IMG/VR virus record: IMGVR_UViG_3300042907_001080
Span: 217,659-281,658 of that record
Length of the DNA stretch: 64,000 nt
Strand: one strand, 5' to 3'
This document shows positions 49,578 to 55,654 of this stretch, in pieces. The notes under the pieces are model-generated. The model worked only from the letters and a program-made list of their open reading frames with translations, searched no databases and was not told the DNA's origin. Every line of letters begins with the position of its first letter. Within the stretch, counting starts at the first letter, position 1. The position numbers and the translations under genes are program-made.

Positions 49578-49781
49578 GTCTAGCTACCTACACCACATAG
49601 GCCCTAGACTGAGCTGTTACTCTGTCCACTAATTTTTTCATCTGGACGGGTTTCGTTCCCGCCCCTAGGTAGTTTTCAGTATCCCCCAACAGGGGCTGTA
49701 AGGTCAGGTCCTAGTGTACCCCCTGGTCTATCGTTACAGGGACGGATTGTTTACTAACGGAAACAATCAAACCGGGGTCTG
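49578..49781 (-). ncRNA. Multi-hairpin structured non-coding segment
   Basis: GATTGTTT/AAACAATC, CTAGG/CCTAG, CCCC/GGGG, GCGGG/CCCGT and GTCTAG/CTAGAC stems; no ORF. Confidence 0.5.
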
Positions 49782-50357
49782 TTAGATCAAGCCTTCTGCC
49801 TGTAGTGTTGCTACTACATCGTCTGCCAGAGGAATCTCTGTGCGGATGTTCAACTCAAGCACTTCATCGTTGAGCTGTTGTTTTTGCTTCTTTAGGTTAA
49901 GCACTTCTGCTTTGGCCTGTGCAATTTGTTCTTTGCTGAGAACGCTGGTGCTCACAGTATCACTATAGCCGTAAAGACTGCGACGAGTGTTTTCGCCCTT
50001 GTCGTTCTTGATCTTTTCCAGCTTGCCTTTAATCACTTCCAAAGAAGTAATCTCTGTGGCTTTAGCCAGTTCTTCTAGCTGACCGATGCGCTTGTCAATG
50101 AACGCTGCCTTGGCTAATGCTGTGTTAATACCACTGGCTGCGTTGGCTGTTCCAATCAATGCACGGATGTTGTACATAGCCATGGTTAACTTTTGTCTGC
50201 GACCATCGTTGGTAACCAATTCAGAATTGGCCTTGGTGATAGCAGCTTCTACGTCTTGAAACTCATTGAGTTCAATAGTGAAATCTACTTTGATACTTTT
50301 GATGGTATCATTGATGCTGTTCTGCACAGCATTTGCTTTTCTCAGTGTGATATTCAT
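49782..50357 (-). CDS. Coiled-coil hypothetical protein
   Basis: MNITLRKAN..; heptad-rich; AAGGA SD. Confidence 0.8.
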   Translation of the reverse strand: MNITLRKANAVQNSINDTIKSIKVDFTIELNEFQDVEAAITKANSELVTNDGRRQKLTMAMYNIRALIGTANAASGINTALAKAAFIDKRIGQLEELAKATEITSLEVIKGKLEKIKNDKGENTRRSLYGYSDTVSTSVLSKEQIAQAKAEVLNLKKQKQQLNDEVLELNIRTEIPLADDVVATLQAEGLI

Positions 50358-50648
50358 TTTTCTTCCTTTTTCAAACAACAATGACGGGTCCATGAAAGGT
50401 CAAGTAATAGACCGGACAATAGACAATGAAGATTTGTATTCTTCGTTGACAATGTGCAATATACAATACACAGAGGTCTATATATTTCCGATTAACAAAT
50501 GACATTCTATTAGGAATCGGATCACATAAACACGTTCCAATTTCAAGTTGGATTGTAAGTTTGGAGTAAGCATGAAGCTCACGCCTTTGTGTCTATTCTC
50601 GTCTACCCTTCACTTCACCGGTTGAAACATTTCTGTTCCAACAAAACT

Positions 50649-50677
50649 ATTATAACATTCTTTTAAGTGTGTGTCAA
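50649..50677 (-). promoter_or_regulatory. sigma70 consensus promoter followed by ~280-nt leader
   Basis: TTGACA-N17-TATAAT. Confidence 0.85.
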
Positions 50678-50684
50678 CATGTTT

Positions 50685-50758
50685 TGGTGCCCCTTGACAG
50701 AATCGAACTGCCAATTGATGATTACAAATCAACTGTTATACCATTTAACTAAAAGGGC
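50685..50758 (-). tRNA. tRNA-Thr(TGT)
   Basis: Loop TTTGTAA; ACCA. Confidence 0.9.
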
Positions 50759-50774
50759 CTACTACTACTTATCT

Positions 50775-50849
50775 TGGTGGAGGATGGGAGGATCGAACTC
50801 CCGACTGAAGCTTGCAAAGCTACCGTGTTCCCAGCTATACCAATCCCCC
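50775..50849 (-). tRNA. tRNA-Ala(TGC)
   Basis: G3:U70 pair; loop TTTGCAA; ACCA. Confidence 0.9.
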
Positions 50850-50851
50850 GA

Positions 50852-51067
50852 TTAATCCCTAGTTGATGCTGTGCCAGTGGGATTCTTAGTGTATCCACCT
50901 GGACCAGCAGGTCTCTTTTCTCTCTTGGGCTGAACAGCTGCACATAGCTCAGCATCGATCATTGCACGTTTCCATGCACCTCGCTTGTGCGGATCTAAAA
51001 CTCCACTCAGTGCTAGACTTGCTTTAGTCATTGAACTCATTCTATAATTTGGACCTGGTTTCATCAT
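50852..51067 (-). CDS. Small basic hypothetical protein
   Basis: 71 aa, AAAGGA SD, lies between RNA genes. Confidence 0.65.
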   Translation of the reverse strand: MMKPGPNYRMSSMTKASLALSGVLDPHKRGAWKRAMIDAELCAAVQPKREKRPAGPGGYTKNPTGTASTRD

Positions 51068-51085
51068 TTTTCCTTTTTTAAAATC

Positions 51086-51285
51086 TGGTTGCTCTGCATC
51101 CCCCGGCGGTAATTATATCGCATCAGGCACCGGGAACCCCCAATACCATCACACACGACCTCCACCCGCTCCCCGACAGGGACCGTTCTCGCATTGCTAG
51201 CGGCCTTTCGGTTCGAAGACTACCACCCGTAGCTGTCACGCTACTTCTCATCGTGTGGGTCACACTATCCGGAGACACCCGGAAC
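51086..51285 (-). ncRNA. ~200-nt GC-rich structured RNA ending in ACCA
   Basis: 5' GTGTCTCCGG pairs with 3' CCGGGGGATGC; internal CACACGAT/GTCGTGTG, GTAGC/GCTAC and TCCC/GGGA stems; 3' end AACCA. Confidence 0.6.
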
Positions 51286-51289
51286 GTTC

Positions 51290-51377
51290 TGGCGGAGCAT
51301 GTAGGAATCGAACCTACTCACCCATTGCTGAATGACAGATTAGCAATCTGTTGCCTTAACCGGTCGGCCAATGCTCC
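51290..51377 (-). tRNA. tRNA-Ser(GCT)
   Basis: Long variable arm; loop TTGCTAA; GCCA. Confidence 0.92.
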
Positions 51378-51385
51378 GTATTACT

Positions 51386-51461
51386 TGGTGGGTCGTGACA
51401 GTCTCGAACTGCCGACATTCTGCGTGTAAGGCAGACGCTCTACCAACTGAGCTAACGACCC
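51386..51461 (-). tRNA. tRNA-Val(TAC)
   Basis: Loop CTTACAC; ACCA. Confidence 0.95.
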
Positions 51462-51465
51462 TGAC

Positions 51466-51630
51466 CATTAAAAAATAACATTACACCTTATAGGATGAGA
51501 CAAATTTCTGAGTGGAGTTCGATTCTCCTCATAAGCCATTGTCCACGGTTATGTCAGAGGAGTAAGATGGCCCTATTCCTCATGAGATTGTGCGTCCACA
51601 AACGATACCCGCTAATGCTATTTTTTAATG
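51466..51630. ncRNA. Structured element closed by an 18-bp AU-rich inverted repeat
   Basis: CATTAAAAAATAACATTA ... TAATGCTATTTTTTAATG; internal GGAG-TTCGATT-CTCC T-loop hairpin on + strand. Confidence 0.5.
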
Positions 51631-51711
51631 GTGCCCTAGGACGGACTCGAACCGTCACGCTTGCGCACTGGCTTCTAAGACCAGCGTGTCTACCAATTCC
51701 ACCACCAGGGC
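51629..51711 (-). tRNA. tRNA-Leu(TAG)
   Basis: Loop CTTAGAA; variable arm; ACCA. Confidence 0.93.
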
Positions 51712-51766
51712 AAAAAATTTACATTTAATTTTTAATGAACGTTTAACTAATTTCTCAGTATGTTAT

Positions 51767-51795
51767 ATTGTAACATCGTTGTTGCATACTGTCAA
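51767..51795 (-). promoter_or_regulatory. Internal sigma70 promoter in tRNA array
   Basis: TTGACA-N17-TACAAT. Confidence 0.75.
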
Positions 51796-51803
51796 CCTTT
51801 ATC

Positions 51804-51878
51804 TGGCACCGCCTACAGGAATCGAACCCATATTCAAGAGGTAGAAGCTCTTTGTATTATCCATTATACTAAAGCGGT
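51804..51878 (-). tRNA. tRNA-Arg(TCT)
   Basis: AAGAG-CTTCTAC-CTCTT; GCCA. Confidence 0.88.
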
Positions 51879-51879
51879 A

Positions 51880-51963
51880 TGGTGCGAGAAACGGGACTCG
51901 AACCCGTATGCCTTGCGGCGGCAGATTTTAAGTCTGCTGTGTATACCATTCCACCACTCTCGC
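51880..51963 (-). tRNA. tRNA-Leu(TAA)
   Basis: GCAGA-CTTAAAA-TCTGC; variable arm; ACCA. Confidence 0.93.
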
Positions 51964-51971
51964 ATTTATAT

Positions 51972-52047
51972 TGGTGCTACCTCTAGGAATCGAACCTAGT
52001 TCAACGGTTCTTCAGACCGCCGCTATGACCACATCAGCTAAAGTAGC
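51972..52047 (-). tRNA. tRNA-Phe(GAA)
   Basis: GCGGT-CTGAAGA-ACCGT; ACCA. Confidence 0.88.
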
Positions 52048-52049
52048 AT

Positions 52050-52141
52050 TGGTGCCTCCGCCGGGAGTCGAACCCAGATGAACCAATTATCTGTTGCTTA
52101 CGGGATATAAATCCGCCGTTTTACCATTAAACTACAGAGGC
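52050..52141 (-). tRNA. tRNA-Ile(TAT) with abnormally long variable region
   Basis: GCGGA-TTTATAT-CCCGT arm followed by a ~22-nt extra segment; normal acceptor, D and T arms; 92 nt. Confidence 0.7.
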
Positions 52142-52191
52142 AAAAGAAAAACTTTACAGCATCAACTATGTTAAACGAGTAAAGCCATGTT

Positions 52192-52265
52192 TGGGGTGAA
52201 AGCGGGAATCGAACCCTGCCTTACTGTTTCACAGACAGCCGTGCAGCCATTACACTACTAACACC
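52192..52265 (-). tRNA. tRNA-His(GTG)
   Basis: G-1:C73; GCTGT-CTGTGAA-ACAGT. Confidence 0.88.
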
Positions 52266-52271
52266 ATTGTT

Positions 52272-52346
52272 TGGCCGGTCCGGAGAGATTCGAACTCCCG
52301 ACAGCTGGTTTCGAAGACCAGAACTCTTCCACTGAGCTACGGACCG
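52272..52346 (-). tRNA. tRNA-Arg(TCG)
   Basis: CTGGT-CTTCGAA-ACCAG; GCCA. Confidence 0.9.
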
Positions 52347-52352
52347 ATTGAT

Positions 52353-52426
52353 TGGCAGAGGGTAAAGGAATCGAACCTTTAATGACGGAATCAAAATCCG
52401 TAGTTATACCATTTAACTAACCCCCA
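52353..52426 (-). tRNA. tRNA-Gln(TTG)
   Basis: ACGGA-TTTTGAT-TCCGT; GCCA. Confidence 0.9.
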
Positions 52427-52432
52427 ACAATT

Positions 52433-52508
52433 TGGTGGTAATAGTTGGACTCGAACCAACGATAGGCTGCGTATGAAGCAACTGCATTAGCCACTATGCT
52501 ATATTACC
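52433..52508 (-). tRNA. tRNA-Met(CAT) elongator (Ile2 not excluded)
   Basis: GTTGC-TTCATAC-GCAGC; ACCA. Confidence 0.85.
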
Positions 52509-52600
52509 ATATAGAAACACACTTGGAACTTTCTCATTGAACGGATGGTGTTCTGTCCTTACTATCTAGACTACGTCTAGAATCAAGTATGTTTTTATAT
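52509..52600. ncRNA. Structured element closed by a 17-bp AU-rich stem
   Basis: ATATAGAAACACACTTG ... CAAGTATGTTTTTATAT; internal TCTAGAC/GTCTAGA and GGATGG/CTGTCC hairpins. Confidence 0.5.
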
Positions 52601-52673
52601 GGTAGGGGCACAGAGAATCGAACTCTGATTTACTGGTTAAAAGCCAGTTACTTTACCATTAAGTTATACCCCC
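52600..52673 (-). tRNA. tRNA-Lys(TTT)
   Basis: ACTGG-CTTTTAA-CCAGT; ACCA. Confidence 0.92.
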
Positions 52674-52800
52674 AACTGTTTATGACATTTGTCACTGTCC
52701 ATAACAGGATCTCCTATTTTAAATTTTTGTCGATAAAATATATCAATACTACCAGCATGAGTAAAACTGCAACCGCCCCATTTTGTTTTCTCCTTATAAG

Positions 52801-52874
52801 TGGTGCCCAGAACAAGAATCGAACTTGTAATAATCGCTTATCAAGCGACCGTTATACCATTTAACTATCCGGGC
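52801..52874 (-). tRNA. tRNA-Ile(GAT)
   Basis: GTCGC-TTGATAA-GCGAT; ACCA. Confidence 0.9.
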
Positions 52875-52878
52875 AATT

Positions 52879-52968
52879 TGGCGGAAGTAGTAGGATTCGA
52901 ACCCACGGCCCCTTTCGGAACTTCAGTTTTCAAGACTGCTGCCTTAAACCATGCTCAGCCATACTTCC
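52879..52968 (-). tRNA. tRNA-Ser(TGA)
   Basis: Loop CTTGAAA; long variable arm; GCCA. Confidence 0.92.
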
Positions 52969-52973
52969 ATAAT

Positions 52974-53054
52974 TGGTACCCCGGGCGGGAGTTGAACCCG
53001 CATTTAAATTTCTCTTTTTGAGAGAGACGACTTTGCCAATTTGTCTACCGGGGC
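52974..53054 (-). tRNA. tRNA-Leu(CAA), reduced variable arm
   Basis: TCTCT-CTCAAAA-AGAGA; variable region AATTTAAAT; ACCA. Confidence 0.8.
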
Positions 53055-53060
53055 GTTGTT

Positions 53061-53137
53061 TGGAATAGCGGGTGGGATTCGAACCCACGAACAACAGTTT
53101 TGCAGACTGCGCCATTAGGCCTCTCTGGCACCGCTAT
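53061..53137 (-). tRNA. tRNA-Cys(GCA)
   Basis: GCAGT-CTGCAAA-ACTGT; U73; CCA. Confidence 0.9.
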
Positions 53138-53153
53138 ATAGAATAAATATCGA

Positions 53154-54098
53154 ATGCTTATAAAATTACAATTTTCTCACGACAGTTGCTTGACTATCAA
53201 ATTGTTTGATAATTCTGCAGCTCGCAAGTGGTTTTCTTTTTATTCACTTAAAAATAACAATAAATCAGTTCCAATAAATTTCAATGATAATTATAATCAC
53301 ATAAACTATTTTAAGAAACGTAAAAATCGATATGAAAACCAGATTGCTGAAGAATGGGAAAAAATACATCGGAGTCTTAACAATCTCAAAGATCTGGGAT
53401 ACATTTCAAATATAGAATTGCCAGCGATGTTTGATTATCAACAAAGTCGACTTAATCTACTGCACAGATTTTTTACCACAAATGCTATATGGGATCATAA
53501 ATTCAATGATAAACGTATTCATAAGCCAAATCCCATTGACAGTAATTTTTACACTACGGTAGAAAATCGTCAACATTTTAAAAACTGCATTGAACAGATC
53601 AATGCATCAGTGCATTTTCTCGAAAGTTTTACAGACCCGGAGAACAGAAAAATATTAGATACTCTGCCGTTGAATTCTATAATTATTATATCACAGAATA
53701 ATATAGCTAATCACGACACCTGGTGCCAATTTTCTCATGATGAACAACAAGAAAATTACAAATATCTGCAATATCTTGAATGCAATCAACCATTGGTATT
53801 ATTAGATAACTCTATCACTGGTAAAAGCTATCTACAAAATTTTCTAGAGAACGATGATCCTACCAACGAAGACTGCACAGGACGAGAAGGTTCGCACGGT
53901 AATCTCATTATTGATACCAACGATAATAGACAAAAAATATATTCCAGCGACAAGTTCCAAGCCTGGGCAGATCACTACGGGTTAAAAAACATACCATATG
54001 AATTTGCTATCGGTTCTGTTATAGACTGTGACTACAGTGAAATGCACAAATTTCAGAACTGTTCTCAAACTAGACTAACATATCATTCAACACTCTAA
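53154..54098 (+). CDS. AT-rich hypothetical protein inserted antisense in tRNA array
   Basis: 314 aa; TAAATA-N4-ATG; LNLLHRFF..INASVH.LE motifs. Confidence 0.8.
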   Translation: MLIKLQFSHDSCLTIKLFDNSAARKWFSFYSLKNNNKSVPINFNDNYNHINYFKKRKNRYENQIAEEWEKIHRSLNNLKDLGYISNIELPAMFDYQQSRLNLLHRFFTTNAIWDHKFNDKRIHKPNPIDSNFYTTVENRQHFKNCIEQINASVHFLESFTDPENRKILDTLPLNSIIIISQNNIANHDTWCQFSHDEQQENYKYLQYLECNQPLVLLDNSITGKSYLQNFLENDDPTNEDCTGREGSHGNLIIDTNDNRQKIYSSDKFQAWADHYGLKNIPYEFAIGSVIDCDYSEMHKFQNCSQTRLTYHSTL

Positions 54099-54101
54099 TA
54101 C

Positions 54102-54175
54102 TGGAGCGGGATAGGAGAATCGAACTCCTAACTAAACCTTGGCAAGGTTTCGTTTGACCATTAAACTAATCCCGC
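54102..54175 (-). tRNA. tRNA-Gly(GCC)
   Basis: AAACC-TTGCCAA-GGTTT; TCCA. Confidence 0.92.
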
Positions 54176-54180
54176 ATATA

Positions 54181-54255
54181 TGGAAGACCGTAGGGGAGTC
54201 GAACCCCTCTTACCAGGATGAAAACCTAGTGTCCTAACCGATAGACGAACGGTCC
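54181..54255 (-). tRNA. tRNA-Glu(TTC)
   Basis: CTAGG-TTTTCAT-CCTGG; CCA. Confidence 0.88.
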
Positions 54256-54263
54256 ATAAAACT

Positions 54264-54337
54264 TGGCGTACCTCCAGGGACTCGAACCCCGACGAACAGT
54301 TTTGGAGACTGTGATGCTGCCATTACATTAGAGATAC
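54264..54337 (-). tRNA. tRNA-Trp(CCA)
   Basis: ACAGT-CTCCAAA-ACTGT; GCCA. Confidence 0.92.
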
Positions 54338-54342
54338 ATTAT

Positions 54343-54421
54343 TGGCTCCGAGTAAGAGGATCGAACTCTTCTAACCAGTGATTAACAGTCACGCCCATGC
54401 ACCTTGCTCGGGTTTCTCGGA
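54343..54421 (-). tRNA. tRNA-Asn(GTT)
   Basis: TCCGAG acceptor; loop CTGTTAA; GCCA; atypical D arm. Confidence 0.85.
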
Positions 54422-54428
54422 ATAAAAT

Positions 54429-54503
54429 TGGCGGTCTGTGGGGGAATCGAACCCCCGTAAGCGGATAGACAATCCGCAGTAATAACCTCTATACGAACAG
54501 ACC
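54429..54503 (-). tRNA. tRNA-Asp(GTC)
   Basis: GCGGA-TTGTCTA-TCCGC; GCCA. Confidence 0.9.
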
Positions 54504-54508
54504 AAATT

Positions 54509-54592
54509 TGGTGGAGACGGCTGGAGTCGAACCAACAGTGCCGAAGCGGCGGATTTACAGTCCACTGGGGATACCAATTTTCCTACATCTCC
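54509..54592 (-). tRNA. tRNA-Tyr(GTA)
   Basis: GTGGA-CTGTAAA-TCCGC; variable arm; ACCA. Confidence 0.92.
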
Positions 54593-54785
54593 AAAACACA
54601 CTCTTGCGAATGTGTGTATTAAAGAGCACAGTCTGCGACATCTCAGTCCAGGCCAGTTCTATGCTCTTTAATACGAACTAATTTTTCCTCCCACACAAGG
54701 GATTCCATCCTAGTCGCCGCCCGTTCGTCCATGTTTAAAGTGCAGACTGGGACCTCGTTTCCCTTAACACTTTTGCTATTAGTTT
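54593..54785 (-). ncRNA. Structured non-coding segment before first tRNA
   Basis: 16-bp stem GTATTAAAGAGCATAG/CTGTGCTCTTTAATAC; AAAGTG/CACTTT, GGGA/TCCC and AACTAAT/ATTAGTT stems. Confidence 0.45.
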
Positions 54786-54952
54786 ACACTATACATTGGC
54801 GCTTGAGCCAATGCTTCGCGATAAATCCTAGCTCTTTCAAACTTATCTTGAATAAGTTTCTGAAGCTGCTCTTGAGTCATTTCTCCAAAAGCAGTTTCAT
54901 AAGCCTGTTCAACGATTCGTTCGTTTAATTTTTCGTAATCTATCTGTTCCAT
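54779..54952 (-). CDS. Small hypothetical protein (57 aa), first gene after attenuator
   Basis: Not in track: MEQIDYEKLNERIVEQAYETAFGEMTQEQLQKLIQDKFERARIYREALAQAPMYSVN; AAAGGA SD. Confidence 0.7.
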   Translation of the reverse strand: MEQIDYEKLNERIVEQAYETAFGEMTQEQLQKLIQDKFERARIYREALAQAPMYSVN

Positions 54953-54964
54953 TTTTTCCTTTAT

Positions 54965-55000
54965 AAAAACAAAAACCCCAGGGTGTTTAATCCTGGGGTC
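54965..55000 (-). terminator. Intrinsic terminator of the tRNA-operon attenuator
   Basis: GACCCCAGG-ATTAAACAC-CCTGGGGTT followed by TTTGTTTTT. Confidence 0.9.
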
Positions 55001-55053
55001 CTTTGAAGTTTAAGTGTATTTTATGTTTACACTAACATCTCCACGGACCCCGG
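54992..55053 (-). promoter_or_regulatory. Antiterminator hairpin overlapping leader ORF end and terminator 5' arm
   Basis: GGGGTCC/GGACCCC, GGAG/CTTC and TAGTGTA/TACACTT pairings around an AACATAAAA loop. Confidence 0.75.
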
Positions 55054-55170
55054 CTCTAGCTCTGGTGTGCGATCATATGATAGACTATTAATCGATAACC
55101 AGCAAGAGGCCATTACGCCTACCTGTTTGGGTATTGAATTAAAATGACTAAAAGATGATCTGAGTTTCAT
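55027..55170 (-). CDS. Leader peptide containing all 20 amino acids
   Basis: Not in track: MKLRSSFSHFNSIPKQVGVMASCWLSINSLSYDRTPELEPGSVEMLV*, between promoter and terminator. Confidence 0.7.
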   Translation of the reverse strand: MKLRSSFSHFNSIPKQVGVMASCWLSINSLSYDRTPELEPGSVEMLV

Positions 55171-55226
55171 GTTCTTTCTCTTTGTTCCTTGATTTACACG
55201 ACAGCATTTCTGCTGTCTATGTATTA

Positions 55227-55255
55227 ATTATACAGTTATTTAGTCTTGCTGTCAA
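55227..55255 (-). promoter_or_regulatory. Perfect sigma70 promoter of tRNA operon (proximal)
   Basis: TTGACA-N17-TATAAT, TAAATA in spacer. Confidence 0.9.
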
Positions 55256-55312
55256 CCTCTATTTGCACATTTGGCAAAATAAATTTTGACGCCTTCCTAA
55301 CCAACTGTATGT

Positions 55313-55341
55313 ATTGTAATGTCTTTTTATTTATATGTCAA
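55313..55341 (-). promoter_or_regulatory. Tandem upstream promoter (distal)
   Basis: TTGACA-N17-TACAAT, TATAAATA in spacer. Confidence 0.75.
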
Positions 55342-55380
55342 TAGAAATATAGCCACTTTATGTGGCTTTTTTGCCACAGT

Positions 55381-55647
55381 TTATTCTGTGTCAGAGATGC
55401 CAGTCTCACTTGAGATCAACAGGTGCTTGCCAATCTCAAACAGGCCTATACTGCCAGGTAGGTCCAAGGCACACACATGTATCTGTGTGATACCATCTTC
55501 GTCTATGCTGGCTGCTACAAACTCTGCAATCTCTCCACTCTGAACCATCAACCGCATGGCGTCGATGACATCAAGGAGGTCCTGTTTGCGTTTGGCCTCA
55601 GCTTCTAGTTTTCCACCCAATACAACTACTTTGGAATCTGTTTTCAT
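55381..55647 (-). CDS. Hypothetical protein
   Basis: 88 aa, AAGGA SD. Confidence 0.7.
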   Translation of the reverse strand: MKTDSKVVVLGGKLEAEAKRKQDLLDVIDAMRLMVQSGEIAEFVAASIDEDGITQIHVCALDLPGSIGLFEIGKHLLISSETGISDTE

Positions 55648-55654
55648 ATCGTCC

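Noticed and set aside
49578-49781. Known self-cleaving ribozyme (hammerhead, twister, HDV-like)
   Set aside because: Conserved catalytic cores could not be matched by eye; needs a covariance-model search.
51086-51285. tmRNA or RNase P RNA
   Set aside because: No GGGG 5' end with T arm, no tag ORF and no GAGGAAAGUCC motif; kept as an unknown ncRNA.
52675-52800. SD-led mini-ORFs between tRNA-Ile and tRNA-Lys
   Set aside because: One is only ~10 codons and the other runs into a tRNA; insufficient support.
51629-52968. Suppressor tRNAs or stop-codon recoding suggested by TAG, TAA and TGA anticodons
   Set aside because: These are anticodons written 5'-3' (Leu CTA, Leu TTA, Ser TCA). No CTA/TTA/TCA anticodon is present, and genes end normally at all three stops.
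49215-54928. Short ORFs overlapping the tRNA array (e.g. 49215-49550, 51495-51728, 51760-51999, 52589-52864, 52800-53021, 54389-54601)
   Set aside because: They overlap clear tRNA or structured-RNA genes.
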